A stretch of 64,000 bases of DNA from an uncultured Planctomycetota bacterium (GCA_963823665.1 CAWGMQ010000004.1:1728001-1792000), one strand, 5' to 3'. Shown: positions 28,005 through 39,467, numbered from the stretch's first letter. A program made the numbers and translations. The notes: generated from the letters alone by a model not told the origin.

Positions 28005-28756
28005 GGGGTCGTTCCGACGGGACTGGAAGGCGCAGGGACTTCGGCCGTCTCGGCGGGTGCGGCCAGCCGCCGCGCGTACTCGGCGGCCATCGATTTCACC
28101 CGGCGGATCACCTGGCCCTGGATGATCCCGCTCATCGCCAGCGCCGTGCAGAAAGATGAGCTCGTGGTACCGCGGCACGCGGATGTCACGCCCACCCTGG
28201 ATCCAGACCGCCCATCCCAGCAGCCAGACGATAGCCGAGCAGGGAGGCGATCGTCGCGAACCAGACGAGCCGGAGCTGGAACCGCAAGCGTCGCCAGGGC
28301 CGGGATCAAAAAGAACCCGATCACCAGCGGGCTCTTCGGACCGTCGGCGACCATCAGCAGGAGTGTCAAGAGCATCACGTCCAGGCCCGTCGCGACGAAC
28401 TTGAGCGCCGCCGGCATGAGGTGCCGCCGCAGCCAGAGGTGCACCCCCACGCCGAGCAAGACCCAGGCCGCGGCGATCGCGGTGACGGTCTGGTGGAAGG
28501 CTCTAGTCGCTGACCTTCGGGAGCTGGATGAATCCCAGATCCACGCCGTGGTAGTTGATCAGCTCGATGGCGTAAAACGCGGCGACGGCCGCCAGGCGGA
28601 GCAGGTTGGCCCGCGTCTCCCCCTCGTATTCCTCCCATCGGCCCACGATGTACCAGGCGCGGTCGTCGGCCCCAGCAAGCGGAGTCGTGGCGGCGGCGGA
28701 TGCGGGGATGGTGCTGATGACGGAGGACTCCCGAGCAAGGGCGGGCGGGCCGGCAT
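28001..28756 (-). CDS. Hypothetical membrane protein, several frameshifts
   Basis: Hydrophobic segments (RANLLRLAAVAAFYAIELINYH, LKFVATGLDVMLLTLLL) in different frames; start coupled to the radical SAM stop. Confidence 0.55.
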
Positions 28757-30184
28757 TTACGCAATCCCCCCGATCGTGACCAGGGACGGAGGCGCCATTG
28801 CGGCTGGCGCAGGCAGCCGCGCGGCTGCCGTGTCGCGATAGAACAGGTTATAGGTGTCGAACGGGATGATCCGACCGTCCGGGTGGACGATGTGGATGCA
28901 CGACTTCTTCACCGAGCGGACGTCGAAGTTGTACGGGTCGAGGAACTGCACGATCAGGACCCGGAAGATCTTGTCGTAGGTCAATTGCGGCGGCGTAGCG
29001 AGCTCCGGCAGGCAGCAGAGGAGCTGGCGCAACGTCCACGCCGAGGAGTCGGGCGAGTGTGACGTCGAGAACAGCTCGACCACCAGCCGCCGCATCTCGG
29101 GGTCCTGCTCGTTGAGGATCGTGTTGCGCTGCATCTCCAGGAGCGTCGTCGGGTCGAGGAGCTGCGTCAGCGGCACGACCTTGCCGCCCAGCTTCAGGGC
29201 ATACGCCATGGCCAGGCAATCGGGGTGGCAGGGGACGGGCACGATGTCGCTGGGTTGAAAGTGCGGCGACTGCTCGAGGATCCGCGCGCGGACCTCGGCC
29301 AGCGTGAGCCGGTCGCGCGCCGGGTCGAAGCCCTCGACCCGGCCGGCGATCTGGACCGGCTGGAACGTCACCCCGCGCACGCAGGGCTGCGCCAGCGCGA
29401 AGTCGATGATCGCGCCGAGCTGATCGTCGTTGAGCCCCTTCTTGAGCGTGACGACCAGCGTGGTCGAGATCCCGTGCTCGTTGAGGTGCTCGAGCGCCCG
29501 GTTGCGGATCTCGACCAGGTCTTCGCCACGCAACGCCCGCTGGGGCACCGCGTCGAGCGAGTCGAACTGGAGGTACACCTCGAAGCCCGGCATGTACGCG
29601 GCGAGCCGCCGCGCGAACTCGGGGTCGCTGGCGATCCGCACGCCGTTGGTGTTGACCATCAGGTGCTTGATCGGCCGCTCGCGGGCGAGGTCGAGCACTT
29701 CGAAGAACTCGGGATGGATCGTCGGCTCGCCGCCGGAGATCTGCACGATGTCCGGCCGCCCCTCGTTCCGCACGACGCAGTCGAGCATGAACGCGATCTG
29801 CTCGAGCGACCGATGCGACGGCCGCTTGGGCGAGCTCTCGGCATAGCAGATCGGGCAGGTCAGGTTGCAGTGGTCGGTGATCTCCACCAGGGCCAGGCAA
29901 CTGTGCTGCTCGTGGTCGGGACAGAGCCCGCAGTCGTACGGACACCCGCGCTCGATCGTCGTGTTGAACTTCCGCGGCATCGTGCCGGGCTTGAGCGCCC
30001 GCCGCGAGAACTGGTAGTACTCGACGTCGGTCGAGATCAGCACCTTCTCTTGCTTGTGCTCGGGGCAGTGCTTGACCAGGTAGACCCGACCCTCCTGGAA
30101 GATGACCTTGGCCTCGACCTTGCGCAGGCAGGTCGAGCACAGGCTGTTGGTCAGCTCGAAGAAGATGTAGGGACGGTCCGCCAT
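28757..30184 (-). CDS. Radical SAM protein of the MJ0619/Tes (tetraether lipid synthase, GDGT-MAS) family
   Basis: N-terminal SLCxxC...KHCPEH, GCPYDCGLCPDH, CNLTCPIC, SGGEPT, CHPDC, FLDPYNFD...SCIH...IIPFDTYN. Confidence 0.88.
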   Translation of the reverse strand: MADRPYIFFELTNSLCSTCLRKVEAKVIFQEGRVYLVKHCPEHKQEKVLISTDVEYYQFSRRALKPGTMPRKFNTTIERGCPYDCGLCPDHEQHSCLALVEITDHCNLTCPICYAESSPKRPSHRSLEQIAFMLDCVVRNEGRPDIVQISGGEPTIHPEFFEVLDLARERPIKHLMVNTNGVRIASDPEFARRLAAYMPGFEVYLQFDSLDAVPQRALRGEDLVEIRNRALEHLNEHGISTTLVVTLKKGLNDDQLGAIIDFALAQPCVRGVTFQPVQIAGRVEGFDPARDRLTLAEVRARILEQSPHFQPSDIVPVPCHPDCLAMAYALKLGGKVVPLTQLLDPTTLLEMQRNTILNEQDPEMRRLVVELFSTSHSPDSSAWTLRQLLCCLPELATPPQLTYDKIFRVLIVQFLDPYNFDVRSVKKSCIHIVHPDGRIIPFDTYNLFYRDTAAARLPAPAAMAPPSLVTIGGIA

Positions 30185-30498
30185 CGCGAGGGCTCCTGAT
30201 GCCGTCGTCCGACCCGTGAAGCGTTCCGGTTGAGTCGCTAAAGAGAGATGATCAAACCGCGACCGCGCGTGCCACGTTATCAAGACTACTCGCTCAACGC
30301 CACCAGCCAGACCCGCGCACCCGGGCCCTGGGCTGATGAATCGTTGGGGTTAGCCGTCCCGGCGAGATGGGCGTGAGGGTTCGCGCAACATACACTGCGG
30401 GAAGCCACCGCTCCTTCGATCGCAAGTTTTCAACGACCCAGTGTCGGCCCTATGGGCGTTGGCCGGCCGACTGAGATGTCGGACGGAAGGGCGCAGGA

Positions 30499-31296
30499 TC
30501 AAGCCGCCGGTTTCATCACTTTCTCGAGGATCGTCTGGAAGACGTCCGAGTTCACGCTGAATTCGCCGCGGAACGGGTTGTCCATCGCGGCGGTGAGGAA
30601 AATCAAGACCGCGATGAAGCAGGCCAGGATCATCACGGCCAGCGCGTGCAACTTGAAATTCTCGACCCAGAAAAGATAAGTGAGCAGACCGTTAAGCAGC
30701 GCGCCGATCAGGACCACCGCCCAGAGGGCCGCGGGCAGACCGGTCGAGACGGCCTGAAGGCGAAGCCTGCGCTGCTCGAGCACGGTATCGAGCGACCGAA
30801 GTACCTCGGCATGGACGATTTTTTCGCGCTCGCGGGTGGGCTCGAAGTTCATCACGTCGTTTTCCAGCCGGTCGAGGATCATGTCGCCGTCTTCGAGCGC
30901 GATACCCTGCTTGTGAGCGGGCCATTCCTTCTTGATGACAGTCTGGGTGTAATCGCGCATGAGCGATTCGAGGTTGTTTCGAAGAGGCTGAGGGTAACCG
31001 TCGAGATCGCGATACAGACTGGTGAGCGCGGCCGCCTCGGAGGTGACAACCGCGTCGACCTCGGTGTAATTCTCCCAGGTTGCAACAGCGATCAAACCCA
31101 GAGCCAGGCCATAGAACACTCCGAGTGACGCCAGGAAATAACTGACGAGATCGTTGTGCTTGGAACTCGCCCCGACGAGTTGCTTGACGATCGGGCGGCT
31201 GATCACGAGCCCGAGAAGCGCCAGGCCCACGGTAAAGGCTACGATGAGGGTGCACAGCATCCAGTTTGGCAGGTCATAGATCCAATAGAACGACAT
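30499..31296 (-). CDS. DUF4239 / bestrophin-like membrane protein
   Basis: GVFYGLALGLIAVATWE, EAAALTSLYRD, RRLRL, MDNPFRG. Confidence 0.85.
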   Translation of the reverse strand: MSFYWIYDLPNWMLCTLIVAFTVGLALLGLVISRPIVKQLVGASSKHNDLVSYFLASLGVFYGLALGLIAVATWENYTEVDAVVTSEAAALTSLYRDLDGYPQPLRNNLESLMRDYTQTVIKKEWPAHKQGIALEDGDMILDRLENDVMNFEPTREREKIVHAEVLRSLDTVLEQRRLRLQAVSTGLPAALWAVVLIGALLNGLLTYLFWVENFKLHALAVMILACFIAVLIFLTAAMDNPFRGEFSVNSDVFQTILEKVMKPAA

Positions 31297-31523
31297 GCGT
31301 CGCCACTCCTTGGTCGAACGTGATGATGGCCGTATCCGAGCCCCAAACCATAACGATTTCGTGGCGGACGGGCTATCTCAACCGATCAGGCTGGTGGGAA
31401 CGGCCCGGTGATTCGATAATGCATAACAGAGTTTTCCAGCCGAGTGATCCGGGGGCCGGCGAGTCGTATTTCGTCGACGCCGGCTCTCAGCCCTGAACCA
31501 GGTTCGACTGTCGGAGAGATTGG

Positions 31524-34374
31524 ATGTCGGTGGCGAGCCCTCCCGAGCCGGCGGAAAAATCGCAACGCCCAGGCCGGACAGGCGCCGAGCCGGCCGATTC
31601 GCTGGCGGAGCCGTCGCTCTGGACAGCGCGAGCGCTGGACGGATCACTGATCGTTCTCTTTCTGACGCTGGCGTTTCTGCTGGGCAGCTTTCCGCTCAAG
31701 GACGCCGACATTTACTGGCATCTACGAACGGGCGATCTCATCCGGCAGACGGGCACCGTTCCCCGGACCGATATCTTCACATTCACTCGTGAAGGCACAC
31801 CCTGGATCGATTTGCACTGGATCTTTCAGATCGCCATAAGCTGGCTGCATGAGCGCGGCGGGGTGCCCGCACTCAACATAGCCAAATGCGTTGTCACGTG
31901 CCTGGCGCTGCTCATATTGATTGCTGCCCGCAAACGCGATTGGCCCATCCCGGTGATGGTTCTTGCGTGGCTGCCCGCGCTGTTTGTGCTGGCAGGGCGC
32001 ATTTACGTTCGCCCGGAGACGCTGACGCTGTTTTACCTGTCGGTGTTCCTCGCGGTCATTCTCTGGTGGGATCGTTTTCCGTTCCTTGCTTTCTTGCTGC
32101 CGGTGGTGCAGGTGGCGTGGGTCAACTCGCACGGACTCTTCGTTCTGGGACCGGTGATCCTCGGCTTCGCGCTCGTCGACGCCGCACTTCGCCTCGGGCT
32201 CTTCGCCCCGGAACGAAGACGATGGTGGAAGCTGATTTTGATTGCGAGCGCGGCGACGGGTGTGGCGTGCTTGATCAATCCTTATGGCTTGCACGGGGCA
32301 CTTTATCCGATCGAGCTCGCGGGGACGATGAGCAACCCTGTCTTCTCGCGCAATGTTGCCGAGCTTACTTCGATTCCGGACTTCATCAGAAGCCCGAAAA
32401 GCGACGGCTTCAAGAACCTCTCGCTACAGCTTCATTTGCTCACGATGCTGATCGGAGCGCTCAGTTTCGTGATTCCTCTTTTCTCGCGTTTTACGGCTTC
32501 CCGGCGAGCAGGCGAAGAACCCGTGGTCCCGGCCCTGCCCGGACCACCCGGCGGCGCGGCTCTAGAGAACGCCCGTCCAAGCAAACAGAAACGATCGCGA
32601 TCGAAGACTGCCGGCAAGAAGACTGCCAGGGCCGGCCCGACCGCGAATCCGAGCACCGCGCCGACGGCGGTCTGGCGGCTCAGCCTGTTTCGACTCCTGC
32701 TCTTTGCGGCCTTTAGCTGGCTGAGCTTGCAGGCGACGCGCAACAGCCACCAGTTTGCGGCCGTGGTCGGGGCGGTTACCGCGTGGAATTTCGGCGAATG
32801 GGCCGCGGCCATCCGCAACCGCAGGCAGACGCAGGGAACCATCGCGCGTTCGCGATGGTCCCTGCCGGCGCGCCCGATTGCGTTCGGCACGGTCGCACTC
32901 TTGATTCTCTGGGTCGGGAGCGGCCAGTTCTTTCGGATGACGGGCGAGGGCAGGACGATCGGGCTAGGTGAGGACCGGCTGTGGTTTCCGCACGAGGCAG
33001 TGAAGTTTGCGGGCAAAGCGGGAATGCCGGACCGTTTCCTCTCTTTTCACAACGGTCACGCCGCGCTTTACGAGTACTACTACGGCCCGGAGCGCAAGGT
33101 ATACATTGACCCGAGGCTGGAAGTCGCCGGCGCCGATCTGTTCCGCCGCTACAATGCGCTGGGGAAGCGGATCGAGGCGAACGAGCCCGGCTGGGAAGCC
33201 GAGCTCACCGAGATGCGGCGACCGGTCATCCTTTCGGACCATTTCTACAATTCCGAGATCGGCGCCACGTTGCTTCAAAGCGATCACTGGCGGTGCATGT
33301 GGTTCGATGCCATCGCGGCGGTATTCGTGCACGACTCATCCGGCGCGGCGGTGCGCGGACACCGTCGATTTCGCCGATCGTCATTTCCGGCCCGATCCGG
33401 GGAGGCAGCCGCGCGATCAAGCCGAGCTTCTCGCCTCGAGCCGAGCGATCGCCAAGTACATGATTCACCTCGGCCCCGCTGCCGGCGAGAAAACGCGTTC
33501 ACTGGCCTGGGTCGGGCTGGACGACACGCGGACGCTCTTGCGGAAGGAACCAGATTCGATCGATGGCTGGATCAATCTGGGGGTCATCGAGCTTTGTCGC
33601 GAGCCACCGTTCAAGCCTGTCGCGAGATTCCGCGCTGCGCTGGACCCGGTTCACGACCTGTCGATCGTGCGCGCCACTGCGGCGCTTCGGCATGCTCTTG
33701 ATCTCGAGCCTGCCAACCCTTTGGCGGCAAGCACGCTGATCGGCGCTTACAACTTGCGGCTCATGCACGAGCCGGCGGTTGGCCTTCTTCATCTCATCAA
33801 GCAGAATAGCAAGGCGCCCTTGCGCACAGATCACGAGCGCAAGATGGGGCCGGCTCCGTCGACGAAGTGGCAAAACTTGAGTGATCTCGATCAGGCGGTG
33901 ACGGCTTTGCTTGCGTCAGGTCGTGCGAAAAGTGCAGTCGTTCTGCTGGAAGAAGCCCACGCCGCGGAGCGTGCGCCGTGGGATATGGCCGATCGGATCG
34001 CAACCCTGCGGCTGCATCTCGGCGAGCCGGCCCGGGCGCGGGCGGCGTGGGAGAATGCGGTTGCAGTGCCTGAGCCTGCCGTCCGCGAAGCGCGAATCGG
34101 GATGACTTATCTGGCGGAAAACAACTTCGAATCCGCGCGGAAGCATTACCGCCTGGCGCTGGATGCCAAGCCGGACCTGTTCGAGGCGCTTTACGGCCTG
34201 GCTGTGCTCGAAGCAGACTCAGGCGATGCGGCCACGGCCCTGGCGCTGGCCAAGAAGGCGGTTGCGGCGGCTCCGGACGAAACGTCACGCACGGCGGCCC
34301 GGTTGCTCGCGGCGCGAGTCGCTCGGTTTGCCCGGGCGGTGATGGAGCTAGCCCACCGCGATGATTCACCCTGA
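31524..34374 (+). CDS. Polytopic membrane protein (GT-C-like) with C-terminal TPRs, frameshift near 33355
   Basis: DADIYWHLRTG, VRPETLT, WVNSHGLF, YIDPRLEV; TPR-like C-terminus in ORF 33007-34374. Confidence 0.7.
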
Positions 34375-34399
34375 ACGGGAGCTTGCTCGGGCCGATCTT

Positions 34400-34774
34400 T
34401 TACGTGGAGCTGCCGGCGCGCACTGGCTTGGCGCGGGCTTTCTTCCAGTCCTCGTGGAGGGACTTGAGCTCCTCAAGAGTGACGCCGCCGTGGTCTTCAC
34501 CCGAATTCCATCGGGCCATGAGCGCCTTATGCCGGTCGCGAAGCGGACCCCTCGGCAGGAACTTGCCGTAGAACTTCTTGAGCACCTTGAGGCGCAGGTC
34601 GGCCGGGGGCCGCGGGGCAGGCTTGGGCTTTTCGGCTGGAGCTTCTTTCGCCTTCGCGTCGGCGGCCTCGGGTGCTGCCGCCTTTACTTTCTTCGGTTTG
34701 GCCGCTGCTTCGCCTTCAGGTTTGGGTTTGGCCGATTTGGCGGGCTTCTCTTTATCAGCCGGTTGCTTCGCCAT
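34400..34774 (-). CDS. Lys/Ala/Pro-rich hypothetical protein
   Basis: ORF with a low-complexity N-terminus and a globular C-terminus. Confidence 0.6.
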   Translation of the reverse strand: MAKQPADKEKPAKSAKPKPEGEAAAKPKKVKAAAPEAADAKAKEAPAEKPKPAPRPPADLRLKVLKKFYGKFLPRGPLRDRHKALMARWNSGEDHGGVTLEELKSLHEDWKKARAKPVRAGSST

Positions 34775-34936
34775 CGCGCTCACTTGCTCTTTCTCGAAAA
34801 GAACCAAGACATTTGCCAGGAGTGAGGAAATAATCTACTCGAAGCGTGAGCAGGCTGACAAGTCTCGGTCAGTTGGCAGCGGCTTCTTGAAGACCGGCGG
34901 GATCTCGGCGGGGCGCCGCGATGTAGGCGGAGCTTA

Positions 34937-36037
34937 TCAGCCGACCGAGCCCAGGTTCTGGCGGGTCTTGACGCGCCAGGCGTGGGGCCCGCGGAGGACT
35001 GAAGCAGCCTCTGCCGGGAGGGTAGGGGATTCGCCGTTCCAGCGGTGAAGCTCCAGGCTGCTGAGCACCTGGTCGGCGAGCCTGACGGCTCGCAGCGCGT
35101 CTTCGCCGCTGACTTTCGGGCGTGAGATGCCGCGCGCGGCGTTCACGAAGTCGGAGAGCTCGAGCGCGAGTGGCTCGAGGGGCTCCGGCTCGACCTTGTC
35201 GACTCGGAGGACCTTACCGAAGAGATGCTCGCGAACGGCAGCCGGCTGGCTCAGGTCCACGCCGTCCAGATCGAGCTTGCCGCGCTTGAGGCCTTCGGAG
35301 GGGCGCACGACCGTGGCCTTCTTGCTGGCGAAATCAAGCGAGGCGTATCCCTCTGCGCCCCAGATGCGCATCTTGCGGGCCGGAGTGTAGCTGGCGCGGC
35401 TGGCCGTCACGTTGGCGATGCTGCCGTCTTCGAATTCGATCCGGGCGTTGGCAACGTCCTCGTGTTCGCCGAAGAGGCTGACGCCGACCGCCTCCACCGA
35501 GTGCACGGGGGAGTTGATGAGCGCGAGCAGCAGATCCAGGTCATGAATCATGAGGTCCAGGACCACACCAATATCGGTCGATCGGAATGTGTAGGTGGAA
35601 AGCCGTTCGGCATTGACGAACTTGGGGCGGATTGGCATTTCCTCGAGCGCGCGCAGAGCCGGGTTGAATCGCTCGATGTGGCCAACCTGGAGCACGGCGC
35701 CACCGGCGTGGGCGTCCTCGACGAGTCGCGCGGACTCGGCGGCGGAGGCGGCCATCGGTTTCTCCACAAGTGTGGCGATGCCGCGCGACAGGAAGGGACC
35801 GGCGGCTTCCCGATGGAGGACGGTGGGAACCGCGATCGTGACTGCGTCAACCAGGTCGACCATCGCGCGATAGTCATCGAGCGCGATTGTGCCACACCTG
35901 GATGCCACCGCGTGAGCCTGGTCGGGTCGGGAGTCTGCAACGGCGACCAGCTCGACGCCCGGCATCGCCGCAAGAATCCGCGCGTGGTGCTGGCCCAGAT
36001 GCCCGACGCCCACGACTCCAACACGGAGCGGCCTCAT
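34937..36037 (-). CDS. Gfo/Idh/MocA oxidoreductase (GnnA-like)
   Basis: GVGHLG, LVEKPMA, GHIERFNP, DLMIHDLD; ATGA-coupled to lpxA. Confidence 0.88.
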   Translation of the reverse strand: MRPLRVGVVGVGHLGQHHARILAAMPGVELVAVADSRPDQAHAVASRCGTIALDDYRAMVDLVDAVTIAVPTVLHREAAGPFLSRGIATLVEKPMAASAAESARLVEDAHAGGAVLQVGHIERFNPALRALEEMPIRPKFVNAERLSTYTFRSTDIGVVLDLMIHDLDLLLALINSPVHSVEAVGVSLFGEHEDVANARIEFEDGSIANVTASRASYTPARKMRIWGAEGYASLDFASKKATVVRPSEGLKRGKLDLDGVDLSQPAAVREHLFGKVLRVDKVEPEPLEPLALELSDFVNAARGISRPKVSGEDALRAVRLADQVLSSLELHRWNGESPTLPAEAASVLRGPHAWRVKTRQNLGSVG

Positions 36038-36840
36038 CTTGACCTCCCGCGATCCCTGGCCCGCCCATGCTTGCCATGGTGTTGGCCTTCAACAAAAGCA
36101 AGAAGGCTTTGCACCTCGGGGCCATAGTGATTGTTCGATCGCAGAAGCTCCAAGGCATGTTCGGTTGTCATGTGGGCGCGATAGAGAAGCCGGTGGGCCT
36201 CGTGGAGGCTGGCGATCGCCTCGGGGGTCAATCCATTGCGTTTGAGCCCCACCAGGTTCAAACAGCGCACCTTGGAGGGATTGCCATCGACCATCATGAA
36301 TCGAGGTACGTCGTGGTAGATGCGGGACAGCCCGCCGACATAGCTGTACGACCCGATGGTGACGAACGGATGGACGGCGACTCCGCCCGAGATCGTCACC
36401 AGGGACTCGACATGAACGTGACCGCCCAGAATCGTGTTGTTGGTGATGACCAGCTTATTGCCCAGGACGCAGTCGTGAGCCACATGCACGTTGACCATGA
36501 GGAGATTATGCGAGCCGACGCGGGTGACGCCTTCCTCCTTTTCACTCCCACGGTGAATGGTGACACCCTCGCGTATGGTGTTATCATCGCCAATTTCGAC
36601 GCGAGTGGGGTTGCCGCGGAAGGATAGATCCTGGGGCTCGCCGCCGATCGAGACGAACGGGTAGATGGTGTTGTCTTCACCTATGGTCGTGATGCCATCG
36701 ATGAACACGTGTGCGATCAATCGGGTGCCACGGCCGATGGTCACGTCGCGACCGATGACACAATACGGACCAATCTCAACGTCGTCGGCGATTCGCGCGC
36801 GGGCGTCGATGCACGCGGTATCAGCAATCAAGGTCGCCAT
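36034..36840 (-). CDS. lpxA: UDP-N-acetylglucosamine O-acyltransferase
   Basis: Hexapeptide repeats, PQDL, REGVTIHRG, HVAHDC. Confidence 0.93.
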   Translation of the reverse strand: MATLIADTACIDARARIADDVEIGPYCVIGRDVTIGRGTRLIAHVFIDGITTIGEDNTIYPFVSIGGEPQDLSFRGNPTRVEIGDDNTIREGVTIHRGSEKEEGVTRVGSHNLLMVNVHVAHDCVLGNKLVITNNTILGGHVHVESLVTISGGVAVHPFVTIGSYSYVGGLSRIYHDVPRFMMVDGNPSKVRCLNLVGLKRNGLTPEAIASLHEAHRLLYRAHMTTEHALELLRSNNHYGPEVQSLLAFVEGQHHGKHGRARDRGRSR

Positions 36841-36927
36841 GGCCCAGTCATCCTTTCGACCGATGGTTGCGGGAAGATTCGCTCATCCTCCCACCGTGTA
36901 GATGGAAGCGTGGCCGGGATGGAAATC

Positions 36928-38295
36928 TCATGACCTGCAGTCGCCGTCGACCGGCGCGGAGGCGCGATCGGCGTCGATGATGACAAAGCGAAACTCTGCC
37001 TCGGCTGCCAGAGATTCGCCGATCATGGCCTGGCCCCGTATGCACGCCGAACTGCGTTTGATCCGTTGGCTCTGAACCTCGATTCGAAGCTGGTCGCCCG
37101 GCACGACTTTCCGCCGCAGCTTGACCCGATCGATCGATGCGATCATCGCGAGTTTTGTGTGTGGATTGTCGATACTGGCACCGATCAATATACCGGCCGC
37201 CTGAGCCACCGCCTCCAAGATGAGCACACCGGGCATGATCGGCTGCCCGGGCCAATGACCGCTGAAGAACGGTTCGTTGATGCTCACGTTCTTGACGGCC
37301 AGCGCGCGGGTGGGCGGCTCGAGCTCGAGAACTCGATCGACCATCAGGAACGGGTAGCGGTGAGGCAAGATGCTCATGATGCCTTGAATGTCGAGACTGC
37401 CGCTGCGCTCGGGTGCAACGCCTTCTGTCGATCGACCGGTTCTGCTTCTGGCCAGGTCGAAAAGCTGCCGAGCCAGAGCGTGGTTCGTCTGGTGACCGGA
37501 GCGATGGGCGACGACAAGACCCTCAAGGTCAAACCCCGTCAGCGCGAGATCTCCGAGCAGGTCGAGCAGCTTGTGGCGCGCACACTCGTCCGGAAAGCGC
37601 AACGAGTTTCCGATCGGGCCTTCACGACCGAAGATCAAGAGATCTGCCGCGGTCGTCCTGCGGCCGATGCCCGATTCACGAAGAGCATCCGCCTCGCTCT
37701 CGGTGACGAAGGTCCGGCTGGAAGCGATCTCCCGCTTGAATGTCTCCGGAGAAAGTCCCACACAGTAACTGTGAGCGGAGATCGGGGCATCCGGGCCATA
37801 ATCGAGATGATATGCCAGAGTGAGAGTCCCGCGCGTCCCGGGATTGGCGGCGAGCGAGGCTTCTCCCTCGCGGACGACGACAGAGCTCTCGAGCTCGAGC
37901 ACCGCACGCATCCGGTCCTGCTCGACGATGCCGGCTTCTTCAATGGCTTCGACAAAGGCCCGGCTCGAGCCGTCACAACCCGGGCACTCCGGCGCGTCGA
38001 TCTCGACAATGCAGTTGTCGACGTGGGTCCCGGCCAAGGCGGCGAGCACGTGTTCGGTCATTTCCACGGTGGCGTCGCCCAGCCTGAGCGTGGTCCGGCG
38101 TGCCGTCGGGACGACCCGATCGATCCGTGCCGGTATGAGCGGACGATCGCGCAGGTCGACCCGTTCGAAGACGACGCCCGTGCCCGGCCCGGCCGGCCGG
38201 AAGCGCAGGGTGACGTCGGACCCGTTGAAGAACCCGTGCCCGCTCACCTTTGCGGAACTGGCAAGCGTGCGCTCTCGGCGCTTGGCTTTCAGCAT
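36928..38295 (-). CDS. lpxC: Bifunctional LpxC/FabZ
   Basis: TEHVLAAL, HKLLDLLGD (LpxC); LPHRYPFLMVD, HWPGQPIMPGVLILEA (FabZ). Confidence 0.93.
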   Translation of the reverse strand: MLKAKRRERTLASSAKVSGHGFFNGSDVTLRFRPAGPGTGVVFERVDLRDRPLIPARIDRVVPTARRTTLRLGDATVEMTEHVLAALAGTHVDNCIVEIDAPECPGCDGSSRAFVEAIEEAGIVEQDRMRAVLELESSVVVREGEASLAANPGTRGTLTLAYHLDYGPDAPISAHSYCVGLSPETFKREIASSRTFVTESEADALRESGIGRRTTAADLLIFGREGPIGNSLRFPDECARHKLLDLLGDLALTGFDLEGLVVAHRSGHQTNHALARQLFDLARSRTGRSTEGVAPERSGSLDIQGIMSILPHRYPFLMVDRVLELEPPTRALAVKNVSINEPFFSGHWPGQPIMPGVLILEAVAQAAGILIGASIDNPHTKLAMIASIDRVKLRRKVVPGDQLRIEVQSQRIKRSSACIRGQAMIGESLAAEAEFRFVIIDADRASAPVDGDCRS

Positions 38296-38341
38296 TCCCT
38301 ACCCCATCATCATCAAAGCGACTTGGAGAAGAGAAGGGGCC

Positions 38342-39070
38342 TCAGTTCTGGTCGGTGCGGGCACCGTTAACAGGCTGGCCGGCCGCTGGCGGGGCTGCGT
38401 TGTTTCCGGCTGCGGCCGGGTTCGCGACAGCCTTGTAACGGCGGTTGAGGTTGAAGATCACGTCGTTCGTGATGTCGTTCCGCGGGTCGAAGTAGACCAT
38501 GGTGTTCTGGAAGGCGGCCATCACCGAGTTGGGATCGGCTCCGTTGGGGGCCTGATTTGTCACTCGCACGACGTAATTGAACTTGCGCCAGTTGGCGATC
38601 GCCGTCACCATCAATTGAACTTCCTTGTAGATCGTGGCGAGGTTTTCAGATTCTCGGGCCTGAAACTCGCGCTGGGCTTGCTCGCGGCCGGCGGCGAAGC
38701 GTGCCTTGAGCTCGGTCACCCGGTCTTCGTGCTTCTTGAAGTCGGCGGTGCCGGGAGTGAGCTTCGAGAGCATCTGAGCTTCGTCCTCGGCGTCGCTCTT
38801 GATCTTCATCAGCTCGTTCTGCCTGCCCAGCACGGCAGTCTGAAATTCCTTGCTGGTAAATTTGAACTTCTCGTATCCCTTGAAGACGGCATCCATATCG
38901 ACGGTGCCGATCATCGGCGGCACCGGAGCCGACGGAGTCGCAGCGCCGCCGTTGGGGTTCGCAGCCTTGCGAACTGCTGGATCCTGCTGAGCAAGGGTCG
39001 GTCCCACCAGAAAGGAGAGCCCGACGATGCCCAGCCCAATCGCCAAGATTCCACGTGTCGAGAGAACCAT
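38342..39070 (-). CDS. OmpH/Skp periplasmic chaperone
   Basis: Signal peptide, IGTVDMDAVF, coiled coil, NDITNDVI; upstream of the lpx genes. Confidence 0.85.
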   Translation of the reverse strand: MVLSTRGILAIGLGIVGLSFLVGPTLAQQDPAVRKAANPNGGAATPSAPVPPMIGTVDMDAVFKGYEKFKFTSKEFQTAVLGRQNELMKIKSDAEDEAQMLSKLTPGTADFKKHEDRVTELKARFAAGREQAQREFQARESENLATIYKEVQLMVTAIANWRKFNYVVRVTNQAPNGADPNSVMAAFQNTMVYFDPRNDITNDVIFNLNRRYKAVANPAAAGNNAAPPAAGQPVNGARTDQN

Positions 39071-39467
39071 CGGTACAACTCCTTTTCTACCGTGGCGGTC
39101 CATTGCGGGGCCGTGCAGGGGCCTTGAGCCGGCCCATGCGGCGTCGAAGGGAAATCCAGGATCGACCGGTCCAGCCGGCCTGGCTGCACGTCGATCACGC
39201 TGCGCGAGCGGCGCGAAGCCGCCGCACAGCATTTCTCACGCCCAAGTCGGGCTATTTTCCGGGATGGAATCCGATCGTCCCGGCTAAATTCCCCGGCGGC
39301 GGACGCTAACGCGGGGCATTCTGTACCGAAGGTGGAGATGGGTCAAGGCGAACCGCGAACTTTGTGATTCGCGGGCTCGCTCGACCGCCCGCCCGCCCGC
39401 GCAGGACCGGCGTTCGTTGTCTCTTCGATAAAGCGCCCTGCGAAGACGCCCTCGAGTGGGGCAACTC

